Numbered from the stretch's first letter, positions 28,406 through 38,894 are shown. The stretch is 64,000 nt of DNA from Candidatus Poseidoniales archaeon (GCA_012959275.1 DUDM01000042.1:17018-81017), one strand, 5' to 3'. Program-made: numbers and translations. Notes: generated by a model not told the origin, from the sequence alone.

Positions 28406-29961
28406 TGGTAGTAAAGAGTGCAACCAAGAAGAAGCTCATGGATATGCAGGTGCCAGAAGAATTTGCGCACTTGCTTGCGGATGACCGAAAGTGGGATGAT
28501 GTCAAAGTCCTAACTTCCCAAGAAATTGCAGCCCTCTGTAAAACAGATTCAGAGACTGGAAATAAACTACACCAGATTATCCTCACCGCAGCAGGAGGCC
28601 GTTCCGATAGTTCAGATGCCGGAGCCACCACCGTAGTTCGCCGAAGAGTAGCCAGCCGCCGCCGCCGTACAAAGGTGGTTCAGGAACTCGAAGTGTATGA
28701 TGAAGATAGTAAACTGGGACTTTATTACGATGAAATTGTAGAAGACCCAATCCACAAGGCACTCGTGAAGGCTGATGAAGCAACTGGTGGAAAACCACTA
28801 TCTGCTCGTGTATTAACCGACTTGTGCGACTCTCTTTGGGCTCGTGAGCGCAAGAAGATTACAGCTAAGCAAGCGACTGAAATCATAGATGCAACCCGTG
28901 CTGCATTCAAGAAGGCCCGAATCGACCCATATGAAGCAGCAGGAATCACTACCGCACAATCGATTGGAGAACCAGGAACACAAATGACCATGCGTACATT
29001 CCACTATGCGGGTGTTGCAACAGTCAACGTCACTCAAGGTCTTCCAAGAATCATTGAAATTGTCGATGCTCGAAAAGTTCCAGATACTCCAACTATGACC
29101 ATCAGGCTGGATGAGGATAAGAAAAATAATGCTGATGCAGCCCGTAAGTTAGCAGCAGGAATTGAAGTCACTTTGGCAAAGAATATCGCCGATATCGAGA
29201 CTGATGTAGCACAGAGAAAGTTGGTCCTTAAACTCAAGGTTGGCAATCTCAAACAAAAGAACATGACTGGTGACGAAGTAAGGGACAAATTATCCCGTGC
29301 TCTACGCCTACACATAATAGCGGACAAGGAAAAGAAACCCCGTGTTTTGACAATCATCCCAGGAGTGATTAAGGAAGATGACCTTGCTGACCTTAACGAA
29401 AACCCCCCTTCCTATACTGAATTACTTCAATTGGAAGATAAGGTTAGAGACCTACGCCTCAAAGGAATTCCTGGAATTGAGCGTGCAAACGTACAGAAGG
29501 ATGAACAAACCGAAGAATTCTACCTCTCTACAATTGGTAGCAACTTAGCTCGTGTTTCAGACTTAGAAGGAATCGACCGTAGCCGCACTTATACCAACAA
29601 TATCATCGAGATTTACGAATACCTCGGAATAGAAGCAGCCCGCCAAGCCATCATCAATGAATTGAAGGCTACTTTGGAAGGAGCAAGATTGGAAGTCGAT
29701 GTTCGCCACCTATTGATGGTTGCTGATGTCATGACCAGTGAGGGAGCAGTTCGTGCAATTGGTCGCCACGGAGTCAGTGGAAACAAGCACAGTATCCTTG
29801 CACGTGCAGCATTCGAAGTCACCGTTAACCACCTACTAAAGGCAGGAATAATCGGTGAGCGTGATCGCCTAACTGGCGTAGCAGAAAACATCATCGTCGG
29901 ACAACCAATCAGTTTGGGAACTGGCGCTGTAGAATTGTTTTACATCCCCGAAGAGGGATGA
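28405..29961 (+). CDS. rpoA2: RNA polymerase subunit A'' (Rpo1C) with ~130-aa N-terminal extension
   Basis: [25 protein letters not shown] and the C-terminal [17 protein letters not shown] blocks. Its ATG overlaps the rpoA1 TGA by 1 nt. Confidence 0.92.
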   Translation: MVVKSATKKKLMDMQVPEEFAHLLADDRKWDDVKVLTSQEIAALCKTDSETGNKLHQIILTAAGGRSDSSDAGATTVVRRRVASRRRRTKVVQELEVYDEDSKLGLYYDEIVEDPIHKALVKADEATGGKPLSARVLTDLCDSLWARERKKITAKQATEIIDATRAAFKKARIDPYEAAGITTAQSIGEPGTQMTMRTFHYAGVATVNVTQGLPRIIEIVDARKVPDTPTMTIRLDEDKKNNADAARKLAAGIEVTLAKNIADIETDVAQRKLVLKLKVGNLKQKNMTGDEVRDKLSRALRLHIIADKEKKPRVLTIIPGVIKEDDLADLNENPPSYTELLQLEDKVRDLRLKGIPGIERANVQKDEQTEEFYLSTIGSNLARVSDLEGIDRSRTYTNNIIEIYEYLGIEAARQAIINELKATLEGARLEVDVRHLLMVADVMTSEGAVRAIGRHGVSGNKHSILARAAFEVTVNHLLKAGIIGERDRLTGVAENIIVGQPISLGTGAVELFYIPEEG

Positions 29962-30006
29962 ATGCAACCTTCTGAGAAACAAAAGTGGAGTATGGAGGAA
30001 TAAGAA

Positions 30007-30306
30007 ATGGACCTAACAAGACAATTGAAAATAGCCATGGGCAGCGGTAGTATGTTGTTCGGACAAAAGCAAACCGTAAATGCATGTGCAAAGGGAGATG
30101 CTAGACTAATTATTCTGGCAGCAAATTGCCCTCAAACATGGATTGATGATGTTCATGCTCGCCACCCAGATGTGGCAATGCACAGAGTAATGTTGGTTAA
30201 CAGAGAACTTGGTATAGCCTGTGCTAAGCCATTCTCGATCAGTACCATCTGCATTCTCGATGCAGGTAGTTCAGAATTGTTAACACTGCGAAACAATATC
30301 GAATGA
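30007..30306 (+). CDS. rpl30e: Ribosomal protein L30e
   Basis: 99 aa. GSGSMLFGQKQTVNACAKGDARLIILAANCP fits the L30e/L7Ae-fold consensus. It holds the canonical position after rpoA2. Confidence 0.85.
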   Translation: MDLTRQLKIAMGSGSMLFGQKQTVNACAKGDARLIILAANCPQTWIDDVHARHPDVAMHRVMLVNRELGIACAKPFSISTICILDAGSSELLTLRNNIE

Positions 30307-30320
30307 TTGCTTCCATCGCC

Positions 30321-30336
30321 TTTTTAGGTTGATTTT
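30321..30336 (+). terminator. T-tracts (T5, T4) downstream of rpl30e, a possible archaeal terminator
   Basis: cgccTTTTTaggttgaTTTTgg lies 15-30 nt after the rpl30e stop. Confidence 0.3.
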
Positions 30337-30383
30337 GGACGAATATTCTGTAATGTTGATGTGCCTTTGGCTTTTGCCATTAG

Positions 30384-31328
30384 ATGATGTCGCAGCCGTT
30401 GACCAAACTTTTGGAGCGTTGCGGAATAATTTGGCAGCAGCATGCTAGTCAACCGCAATCAAATCCTGGGCCTTTACTTTGGTTGGGCAGAGTTTGTGAA
30501 TCAAGTAGGATAGAGAGGGGATTAGGTCCTCTTCTCGGACCAGATATTTGGTGTTCTGAGGGTGAATGGCCTGGTTTAACACCAGCAGATATCGAAACTT
30601 GGTTGGTTGATGCGATTCCAGGAGAACATCTTCTCATTTTACATGGGAATAAATCACCATTACAAGTTTCTCTTCCTTTTGGAGTGGAAATTATTTATCG
30701 CTCGGATTTGGCATCCATGCTTGGAGAACATCTTCTGGAAGGAGGTGAAGTAGGTGTCGAATCTTTTCAAGAAAACATTACCAAAGCATCCTACGATTCC
30801 GGTGAAAGTGCTATTCAACTAGGCAGGAATGAATTGGGTTTGGAGCCTAAAGTACGCCCTCAACAAATCCTTGAACGACTCGGTTTCTCTGGCCTTGGCC
30901 TTCGGCCCGTACATTTGCAGGCTAAATTATGGCATCTAAGTGGCTGCTTAGTTGGACCTGATGGAGAAAAGGAAGAGCGAGAATGGCTGGTCTTAGAAGA
31001 CCCATGGAGGCAGGAAATGGTTGAGATAATGGAGCAAGAATTACTTGATAATCCGCCGGATTTACAATTATTAGAAAACACCTCCACTTATGCCGATTCT
31101 ATGGCTAAATCGAAACTAATCGAGTTGCTAAGCCAACGTCGCACCTTCGAATTAGAGAGTGGAGGTGGTTCAGTGCTGAAGCGCTGGTTTGCCGAATTTA
31201 AAGAAAACTTAACACACACAAGAAAAATACTCGTGCCAGCATGGATTGGAGATATTCCTGGCCATGGAGAATCGATATTACATGGTTTAGATGCCAGCCT
31301 CATTAGTCTTTCAAAGACAACACTCTGA
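30384..31328 (+). CDS. Hypothetical protein
   Basis: 314-aa ORF occupying the slot where nusA normally follows rpl30e. No KH/S1 motifs and no recognisable family. Confidence 0.5.
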   Translation: MMSQPLTKLLERCGIIWQQHASQPQSNPGPLLWLGRVCESSRIERGLGPLLGPDIWCSEGEWPGLTPADIETWLVDAIPGEHLLILHGNKSPLQVSLPFGVEIIYRSDLASMLGEHLLEGGEVGVESFQENITKASYDSGESAIQLGRNELGLEPKVRPQQILERLGFSGLGLRPVHLQAKLWHLSGCLVGPDGEKEEREWLVLEDPWRQEMVEIMEQELLDNPPDLQLLENTSTYADSMAKSKLIELLSQRRTFELESGGGSVLKRWFAEFKENLTHTRKILVPAWIGDIPGHGESILHGLDASLISLSKTTL

Positions 31329-31365
31329 GGCAAGGTTTCATCAGGGTGCAATAACAGGAGACTGC

Positions 31366-34300
31366 ATGACAAGTGCCATTGCAGTCGATTCATCCGTCAG
31401 CCGAAGGCTGGTTTTCCTTCTTGTAACAATCTTTTTGACGGGATATTTTCTGCCTATTGTTGCCAATGAAGAAAGTGTCATGCCGCTTGAAGAATTGGAG
31501 GCATTGGATAGTTTTGATGCAAGTGCACGCTCTGGAACAGGCTGGTCAATGATGGCCGCAGGTTCCTCAAATGGAAATGCTAGATTCATCGATGTTCACG
31601 GAGCAACTGGGGATATGGTACTGGCTGGTCAAATGGATGGCGGTGGCCAAACTATCTCTTGGGATGGTATTTCTGCAACTTCTGGAGATACGGTTTCATT
31701 CTGGATGGCCGGCCTAGATAGTGGCGGTAATGGCAGTTGGGTTTCTGTTGCAACAGCAGCAGGTTCAAATTCTCCCGCGATAAATCCTGGTGGTCTTGTG
31801 GTTGCTGATAATGGTGATATTTACATTACAGGTTCATTTAGGGAGACTGCCACATTTGGCTCATTGAGTTTAACTTCCTCTGGCTATTACGATTGTTTTA
31901 TTGTTAAGTTAAATTCCAATGGTGATTTCCAGTGGGCTCAGTCGCTTCGAGGTGCTGCTGATGTTGTGACTGGTGCTACAACGACTTGGGATGTAGTATG
32001 GGGTACTTCGATTGCTGCAGTTCCAGGTGGAGTGGTGGTTGGAGGATTCTATCTTGGAAATACTGATGTCGGTTCAAATGCTGGAGTTAGTACAAGCGAT
32101 GGCGATATTTTCGTCGCTAAATACACTGATTCAGGTCAGTTTCAATGGTCTGTAGAAGCAAAAGGAAATGAAATGAATGAAGTTCACTCGATGGCAAGTA
32201 ATATGGCTGGAGATGTTTGGCTAGCAACTAATTTCCAAGATTCGATGACCTTTGGTTCTCACACGGTCTCAGCAGCAGGCTCAGGCCATCCTGTGATTGC
32301 AAAAATCGACGGTGGTGGCAGTTGGTTAGATGCTCAATCTGGTACAACCACATCAAGCACATTCCTAAGCGGATTAGCAGTTAACGTTGCAGGAGAACCA
32401 ATTCTTGCAGGGATTTTTTCAGGCTCATTGACTATGGGCAGTCGTACAATATCTTCCTATGGTGAGGATGATGGTTTCATAACCACCTTTGCAAGTGGCA
32501 GTTGGTCCTTCTTAACTCAAGTTGGAAGTTCTACCTATGATTATCTCTCCGACCTTCAAATTGATCCTAGCAGTGGCAATGCTGTCATCAGTATGGCAAG
32601 TGCAGGAAGCATCAGCATCGCAGGTCAGCAATTCACTTCACAAGGAGAAAACGATAGTATCATCGCGTCCTTAGATTCAACAGGTGCATGGTCAAGGATG
32701 GTAAGTGCTCATGGCAGTAGCGATAATTGGCCCGGGGCATTAGCAATAGATGACCTAGGAAATGTGGCTGTCGCTGGAACCTCTAGCGGTATGATAGACT
32801 TCTCTTCAACAAGTGCTGGAAGCGCATCACCAAGCAACTCATTCGGACCTTATGCATGGCATATCTCAGGATTTGGCAGTGCAGATAGTGATGGTGATGG
32901 AGTTTTTGATGAGGATGATAATTGTCCAGAGGACCACAATAGCGGCCAAGAAGATCATGATTCGGATGGTCAAGGAGATGCCTGTGATAGCGATGATGAC
33001 GATGATGGCATCCTTGATAATAATGGAGATGACTGCCCAACTGGGGAATTATTATGGCTCTCAACAAGTAATGCATTAGACCCTAATTCCAGCACTGATT
33101 GGGATATGGATGGTTGTAAGGATTCGTCAAGTGAAGATTTAGATATGGATAATGACCAGAAATTGGATGCCGATGATAACTGTCCGCGCACCGCTTGGGA
33201 CCGAAGCATTAGCGTTAGGCCAGAATGGATTAGTGAACCTTCTTCTGACAAGGACCTAGATGGTTGTAGAGATGGAGATGAGGATACGGATGATGATAAT
33301 GATGGTGTCGAAGATGGAAATGACAACTGTCCTGATGAGACTGGCACTTCCTCAAAGGGTACGATAATCGGTTGCCCTGACCGTGATGGCGACGGCTGGG
33401 CGGACCAAATTGATGATTGCCCCGACACAAATGGCAACTCAGAGAACGGCAGCCGTGTCGGTTGCTTAGACAGTGATGGTGATGGCTGGGCAGATGAAAT
33501 CGATGCTCTTCCCCTTGAGCCAACTCAGTGGATAGACTCAGATGGAGATTCATACGGAGATAATCCAAACGGCAACAAGGCAGATGATTGCCCTAATGAA
33601 TCCGGAGGTTCTTTTGAAGATAGACAAGGTTGCAAGGATAGCGATAATGATGGGTGGTCCAATCCTGATGTGATTTGGACAATTGATGACGGAGCAGATG
33701 CATTGCCCGATAACCCAACTCAGTGGAGTGATTTTGATGGAGATGGTTACGGTGATAATTATGGTAATCATTCTTGGACCATGACTCGAGATGATTCTTG
33801 GCCTGGTGAATATGTTTTACTTGCTCTAAATCAAGATGCTTGCCCTCTACAATATGGCGACTCTAGTCTTGGTGAAATATTGGGCTGTAATGACAAAGAT
33901 GGAGATGGTTGGGCAGATTTCATTGATGCATTCCCTAATGATGTAAACGAATATTTGGATAGCGATAAAGACGGTTTTGCAGATGGTACTGATGATTGCC
34001 GCAATACTAGGGGCGGCTCTCAACATGACAGAAAAGGTTGTCCAGACCTTGATGGAGATGGCTGGTCAGATGCTGATGCAATGTGGACAATAGGAAATGG
34101 TGCAGATGCGTTTAGAGATGAGCCAAGTCAATGGGCGGATGCTGATGGAGATGGTTATGGCGACAACTCCGAAGGAATAAAGGCAGACGATTGCCCTGAT
34201 ACTTTTGGAACACTCGATGAAGAAGGATTCAGAGGTTGCCCACCTTCTTCTAAAGCAAAGGAAACTGAAGATGACTCACTTTCTGAGGGCTCAAGTAACT

Positions 34301-34671
34301 TAGCAGGATTGGGTGATACTGATATGATTACAATGGGACTAATAATCGGTGGCATTATTGCAGTCTTGATTTTAGTTGTAGTCTTGGTAAGAGGCGGAGG
34401 TGAGGATGAAGAATACCTTGAGGATGAAGATGATGTTTATCACCAGCAATATGCAACTGCAATGCAAGGTACCGAGCAATATGCTAACCCCGCTGCCACC
34501 CATGCCCAGGCTCAATACCAAGCACCTCAACAAGTTCAGGCTCAACACCCAGATCCAACCGTAGTTGGACAGATGAGAACAGATGGAAATGAATGGTTAG
34601 AATACCCCCATTCATCTGGAATGTGGTATAGTCGCGACACAGCTACCCGTACTTGGGTACGTCGAATTTAA
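31366..34671 (+). CDS. Giant surface adhesin-like protein: SBBP-type beta-propeller repeats, thrombospondin type-3-like Ca-binding repeats, C-terminal TM and Q-rich cytoplasmic tail
   Basis: N-terminal anchor RRLVFLLVTIFLTGYFL. Repeats such as GDIYITGSFRETATFGS..DCFIVKLNSNGDFQW. More than 15 DxDxDGxxDxxD-type motifs (DSDGDGWADEID, DADGDGYGDN). TM LIIGGIIAVLILVVVLV. The ORF stays open from 31291. Confidence 0.8.
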   Translation: MTSAIAVDSSVSRRLVFLLVTIFLTGYFLPIVANEESVMPLEELEALDSFDASARSGTGWSMMAAGSSNGNARFIDVHGATGDMVLAGQMDGGGQTISWDGISATSGDTVSFWMAGLDSGGNGSWVSVATAAGSNSPAINPGGLVVADNGDIYITGSFRETATFGSLSLTSSGYYDCFIVKLNSNGDFQWAQSLRGAADVVTGATTTWDVVWGTSIAAVPGGVVVGGFYLGNTDVGSNAGVSTSDGDIFVAKYTDSGQFQWSVEAKGNEMNEVHSMASNMAGDVWLATNFQDSMTFGSHTVSAAGSGHPVIAKIDGGGSWLDAQSGTTTSSTFLSGLAVNVAGEPILAGIFSGSLTMGSRTISSYGEDDGFITTFASGSWSFLTQVGSSTYDYLSDLQIDPSSGNAVISMASAGSISIAGQQFTSQGENDSIIASLDSTGAWSRMVSAHGSSDNWPGALAIDDLGNVAVAGTSSGMIDFSSTSAGSASPSNSFGPYAWHISGFGSADSDGDGVFDEDDNCPEDHNSGQEDHDSDGQGDACDSDDDDDGILDNNGDDCPTGELLWLSTSNALDPNSSTDWDMDGCKDSSSEDLDMDNDQKLDADDNCPRTAWDRSISVRPEWISEPSSDKDLDGCRDGDEDTDDDNDGVEDGNDNCPDETGTSSKGTIIGCPDRDGDGWADQIDDCPDTNGNSENGSRVGCLDSDGDGWADEIDALPLEPTQWIDSDGDSYGDNPNGNKADDCPNESGGSFEDRQGCKDSDNDGWSNPDVIWTIDDGADALPDNPTQWSDFDGDGYGDNYGNHSWTMTRDDSWPGEYVLLALNQDACPLQYGDSSLGEILGCNDKDGDGWADFIDAFPNDVNEYLDSDKDGFADGTDDCRNTRGGSQHDRKGCPDLDGDGWSDADAMWTIGNGADAFRDEPSQWADADGDGYGDNSEGIKADDCPDTFGTLDEEGFRGCPPSSKAKETEDDSLSEGSSNLAGLGDTDMITMGLIIGGIIAVLILVVVLVRGGGEDEEYLEDEDDVYHQQYATAMQGTEQYANPAATHAQAQYQAPQQVQAQHPDPTVVGQMRTDGNEWLEYPHSSGMWYSRDTATRTWVRRI
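32880..34210 (+). repeat. Array of degenerate Asp-rich Ca-binding (TSP3-like) coding repeats inside the adhesin gene
   Basis: Recurrent D-x-D-G-D-G-(W/Y)-x-D and DDCP(D/N) motifs are visible throughout the translation. Confidence 0.7.
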
Positions 34672-34681
34672 AGCGATTAAT

Positions 34682-34915
34682 TCAATCAAGAGGATGGCTT
34701 ATTCCTTCTTCACCTAGGGTCCAGCGAAGACATTTGATTACCCCATCGAGGGCTTTGGAATTTCTTGCAGCTTCCATCATTCCTTCTCGGTCACCATCAC
34801 TCTTACATTGGTCAAACCAAGCCTTCCATTTTTGTTTACGCTCTTGTGCACTTTCGAGCATTTCCTCAATTTCTTCCCAAGTTCTATCATAATGTCGAAT
34901 CGGAGTAGTCATCAT
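34682..34915 (-). CDS. Small hypothetical protein
   Basis: 77 aa from MMTTPIRHYDRTWEEIEEML. Last gene of the minus-strand operon. No family recognised. Confidence 0.4.
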   Translation of the reverse strand: MMTTPIRHYDRTWEEIEEMLESAQERKQKWKAWFDQCKSDGDREGMMEAARNSKALDGVIKCLRWTLGEEGISHPLD

Positions 34916-34977
34916 CAGCACCTCGGCAGCCCCTCCCCGTTTAGTGGCCCTTCTAAAGGTTACACCGGCATGCACTA

Positions 34978-36012
34978 TTAGTCATCATTAGGATATCTGA
35001 TACCGTTCCATTCAGAATCGGCTGGAACACTTTCTCTATCCCCAATTACACACCCATTTAGAATACAACCTTTTTGGATAACAGTATTTCTTCCGATGAT
35101 GCAATTCTCTATTTCACATCCTCTTGAGACGGATGCACCAGCCATCAATAATGAGTTCTTGACAATTGAACCTGCAGCAATAGCACTCCCTTTCAAGGCG
35201 ATACTACCGTCGCATCTACCTATGATATCGGATTCTGAGTTCGGGTTTTCTGGGATTTGTGTCCAAACCAAATCTCGGTTTTCAAGAATGATATTTTGGG
35301 CTTTAAGGAGATCTGAAGGGCGACCTATATCGAACCAAATTCCCTTTGTTAAACAAGCATAAAGCGGCATTCCAAGTTCAAGCATTTGCGGAAACACTTG
35401 CCTTGACCAATCGAACTTTTCATCCTCAGGAATTAAATCAAGCACTTCAGGTTCAAGGATATACAAACCTGCATTGATGACATTTGAGAATGCCTCTTGT
35501 GGACTAGGTTTTTCTTGAAACCTGCTGATCCAACCTTTTTCAAGATTTGAGTTTATCTCACCATCTCTAGTTTCTGAAAGCCCAACAACTCCATATTCTG
35601 AGACATTTTCTACCTGCCATAGGGCCATTGTAGCCATCGCTCCCTTTTCTTTGTGTAGGGCAAGCAATCCCGCGATATCAAAGGAGGCAAGTGTGTCTCC
35701 TGAGCCGACGATAAAAGTCTCAGTCAATTCCTTCGCCAGCAATTTCACAGAGCCTGCAGTTCCCATCGCAACTTCTTCTTCATTTACCCAAGCCTTGATG
35801 GCATCGGAATTCCATGATTCGACATGATTCGCTAGTGATTTACCACGATACCCAGTGGTTATGATTACTTCATTCACCCCTCCTTGGATAAGTGCATCTT
35901 TGACGAAGTCGATAACTGGGATTCCAACTACTTCGACCATCGGTTTTGGCCTGTGTAAAGTCAATGGACGTAATCTACTTCCTTGGCCACCAGCCATGAT
36001 GACGCCTTTCAC
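34978..36012 (-). CDS. Sugar-1-phosphate nucleotidylyltransferase with C-terminal left-handed beta-helix domain
   Basis: (M)KGVIMAGGQGSRLRPLTLHRPKPMV is the NTP-transferase G-loop. The C-terminus has hexapeptide-like repeats. GTG at 36012 gives the canonical MKGVI start, and GTG at 36021 is also possible. Confidence 0.85.
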   Translation of the reverse strand: MKGVIMAGGQGSRLRPLTLHRPKPMVEVVGIPVIDFVKDALIQGGVNEVIITTGYRGKSLANHVESWNSDAIKAWVNEEEVAMGTAGSVKLLAKELTETFIVGSGDTLASFDIAGLLALHKEKGAMATMALWQVENVSEYGVVGLSETRDGEINSNLEKGWISRFQEKPSPQEAFSNVINAGLYILEPEVLDLIPEDEKFDWSRQVFPQMLELGMPLYACLTKGIWFDIGRPSDLLKAQNIILENRDLVWTQIPENPNSESDIIGRCDGSIALKGSAIAAGSIVKNSLLMAGASVSRGCEIENCIIGRNTVIQKGCILNGCVIGDRESVPADSEWNGIRYPNDD

Positions 36013-36023
36013 AAAAATCACCC

Positions 36024-37073
36024 TCAGCGCTTTCGAGTAGCAGATATTTTCTTTCCCTTCTTCTTGGGTCGGAGACGGGCTTGCTGGGGGTTTGCATCAC
36101 TGTCCAATGTTCCACCAAGTGAGATATTTCCCTCTCCAAGTAGGGTTGAAATTAGGTCTTTGGCAACATCTTCGGATTCTGCACCGCTCTGCATTTCTGC
36201 ATCGACGCTTGCATTGTGGTCATCAATCCAAGATTGGCGCTCCTTTCGCTCTGCCTTCATAGCATCCTTGACTTCGGTTACTTGTTTGATAAGTTCTAAG
36301 GCCTTTTCATGGATTTCATTGGCCTTTTCTTTCTCAGCGACAAAGCCATTGTGGTGCCTATCTCCTTCGCTTTTGAGGAAATCGCGGTGGGCAAACAACT
36401 CATCGAGTTCTTTACCCTCTTTGTTTGCCTCAGATACTGCTTCCAACATTAATTTATGAGCAGAATCAGCCTCTGATTTCATCCTTGCAATTGTTCCTTC
36501 AATGTCATCAAGGTCAATTTTAATCAAAGCCTGCTGTTTCAGTTCTGGTTCAAGTTCAGCGATTCTACGACGCATTTCTTTAACCGCTTTCACTAATCCC
36601 TTTTCCTTTGACAAGGTGATTGTTCCAGAAGTTTCGAGCCTATTTTCTATGGACTTTACCTCAGCAGTTAACTTGTTGTATTCTGCTCCCACCGACTGTC
36701 CCTTGCGTGCTGTGTCCTTGTTTGATTTGTGTTGCCCAAACAACTCTCTCATTTGGGATTGGATGGAATTGCGTAATTCCTTGTGTTCTTTTATTCTCAC
36801 TCTAATAGCCTTGACAACTTCTAGGCGAGCATCGAGTTTCTCCCTGTGTTCCTTGTATTGACCCTGAACGGCATTGCGTTGTTCTGCAAACCTGTTTGCC
36901 GAATCATTGTGTTGACCGCGAATGTCGCGCAGTTTTGAGAGTTTTTTCTCCATCGACTGCAATTTGTCTCGCAGGTCTTCATCCTCGGCTACAACCTCGC
37001 TTGCTTTGGCATCGGTTTGTTCGCTCATAGGCCATGCGAGAACATTAACCGTTTCAATACTGTTCATGCCCAA
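36024..37073 (-). CDS. Archaeal coiled-coil protein (COG1340-like), paralog 1
   Basis: 349 aa, K/E/R-rich heptad-like sequence, with the central block LETSGTITLSKEKGLVKAVKEMRRRIAELE and a basic tail RLRPKKKGKKISATRKR. Confidence 0.65.
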   Translation of the reverse strand: MGMNSIETVNVLAWPMSEQTDAKASEVVAEDEDLRDKLQSMEKKLSKLRDIRGQHNDSANRFAEQRNAVQGQYKEHREKLDARLEVVKAIRVRIKEHKELRNSIQSQMRELFGQHKSNKDTARKGQSVGAEYNKLTAEVKSIENRLETSGTITLSKEKGLVKAVKEMRRRIAELEPELKQQALIKIDLDDIEGTIARMKSEADSAHKLMLEAVSEANKEGKELDELFAHRDFLKSEGDRHHNGFVAEKEKANEIHEKALELIKQVTEVKDAMKAERKERQSWIDDHNASVDAEMQSGAESEDVAKDLISTLLGEGNISLGGTLDSDANPQQARLRPKKKGKKISATRKR

Positions 37074-37095
37074 CTGTCAATCGGCTGATGCGTTT

Positions 37096-38859
37096 TCAAG
37101 TGCTGATGACACTAAGGACTTGCAGAATTAAGGCTGCGAATAAGGAAACTACACCACCTGCAAGTGAAATCAAACCAGTCAGTTTCGCTAATCTCTGGTT
37201 CCACTCGCTACGCACTCTGAGGTTGATGACTCGTCCTAAAATCAGATCCCCATTCTCATCTTCTAAGGAAATTGAAACCGTGGCTTCTCCAAGTCGTTCT
37301 GGAAGTAAGGTCTGCCAATTCATTTGTCCAACGTTGAGCAGGTTAGCAATCGCCGCTAGTACGTCATCATCACCTTCACTGGATAGGGCCATCTGGTCAT
37401 GCATTGAACTAATCATTCCACCCGCTGCAGGCAAGTTTAGGTTGAGGTGAATGTGGCCTGGCCGGAAATCCGGTGATTCTATTCGAAGCACTACTGAGCG
37501 GTCTTCTTGACCGTTATTGACCAGTAGGCAGAACAGGTTTGCCTGCTGATAAACAACATTCTCCATATCAACATCGAAAATCAAATCATTCTTTTTCAAA
37601 CTCTTGGTATCAACTCTCAAACTATGTTCCAAGCGGTCAAGAATCCTGAAGAATGATGGACAACGACTGCCGATTCTATCCAATAGTTGAGCCCAGACCT
37701 CATCATTGAAGAAAGGGTGGTCGAGTATCTCCTCAATATCATCTTCAAGGATAATCTCTGCAACTTCGCGATATCTTTCTTCATTAGAAAGTGAACCTCT
37801 GCGGTGTAAGTGAAGAATATAGAATAAGCGCTCTCGACCAATGACTGGGTCGAAGCCAGGTTGCAAAGCCGCCCTGAAGCGTTGCATGAAATCTTCAAAC
37901 CTCATACGTAGGAATGGGTCCATGTGAGTCAGCATCAAGTCAGAAAATACCTGTCCAAGTAAGGCCGGGTGGACTGGTGGCTCATAGGTTGAAAGAATAC
38001 CTCCAGCCTCTGCAGTTGAATAAGAATCTTCACGGCTAATTAGATGCAATCCCAAGGTCAGCATGGTCGTGCCAAGACTGACTAAAAATAGGGTTCCACC
38101 TCCGTCTTTTGTGGCATCTGAAAACAAACTCGCCAAAAGTAGCAAAAAGGTAAAACCTGCTAGTATTGCAGTTGTAGTGCGATTGCGTAGGGTTCCAGAA
38201 GTCATCTCTTCTAATGCTGGATATCCATGCATACTTGAGAAAGGTCTGCCCATCCGTTGAAACCGTTCTACTTCATCTGCCATGATTGATTGAGTAATGG
38301 CTAATCTTTGACGGGTAATCAGTAATCCCAACATCCATGCTGCAGAAACTACCAAAGCAAGGCCGGATAAGACAAAATTAAAACTGAGACCCAATGTATC
38401 TTCGATGCTATCTTGCCACCAACTAGGTGAATCTGCTCTCCAATTCCAAGACATTAATTCTAGCAAAATCATGATGCTAGGCAATAGCACGAGAAGATGA
38501 ATTCCTTTTGATAACATTAAGCGGTCAATTCGAAGTAAGCCCCTTTCAATTTTTTGCATTGATGCATGTTTTTCTTGATCCTTTTCACTCCACACATCGG
38601 CAGCATGTTCATTCGAAGCTTGGAGAATTCGGCGGTCAATATCTCGTTGGGCTTCGACCCTTTCCTCTTCTTCTTGGCTGAGCACACCAAATGATTGAAT
38701 ACCAGATGAAATGCGTTGTACTAAACTGCCTTTTTCTTTATCCTCGACTTCATCTTCGGGTTCTTCAACGACCTTTTTGTTTTTGATTGGTTTGGCTTTT
38801 GATAGGATGTCTGAGACCGTATCCTCGGCCTTAACTTCACTCTCATCCCCCTCCGCCAT
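37096..38859 (-). CDS. Hypothetical polytopic membrane protein with acidic N-terminus and large soluble C-terminal region
   Basis: About 588 aa from ATG 38859 (a TTG at 38898 would overlap the DtxR stop). At least 5 TM segments including a C-terminal one. No family recognised. Confidence 0.6.
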   Translation of the reverse strand: MAEGDESEVKAEDTVSDILSKAKPIKNKKVVEEPEDEVEDKEKGSLVQRISSGIQSFGVLSQEEEERVEAQRDIDRRILQASNEHAADVWSEKDQEKHASMQKIERGLLRIDRLMLSKGIHLLVLLPSIMILLELMSWNWRADSPSWWQDSIEDTLGLSFNFVLSGLALVVSAAWMLGLLITRQRLAITQSIMADEVERFQRMGRPFSSMHGYPALEEMTSGTLRNRTTTAILAGFTFLLLLASLFSDATKDGGGTLFLVSLGTTMLTLGLHLISREDSYSTAEAGGILSTYEPPVHPALLGQVFSDLMLTHMDPFLRMRFEDFMQRFRAALQPGFDPVIGRERLFYILHLHRRGSLSNEERYREVAEIILEDDIEEILDHPFFNDEVWAQLLDRIGSRCPSFFRILDRLEHSLRVDTKSLKKNDLIFDVDMENVVYQQANLFCLLVNNGQEDRSVVLRIESPDFRPGHIHLNLNLPAAGGMISSMHDQMALSSEGDDDVLAAIANLLNVGQMNWQTLLPERLGEATVSISLEDENGDLILGRVINLRVRSEWNQRLAKLTGLISLAGGVVSLFAALILQVLSVIST

Positions 38860-38894
38860 GATGCTCCACACCCGCTTCGGGTTGATGATGATTC

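Noticed and set aside
30384-31328. Divergent NusA in the canonical position after rpl30e
   Set aside because: No KH GxxG motifs or S1-like pattern are visible in the 314-aa translation. It stays hypothetical.
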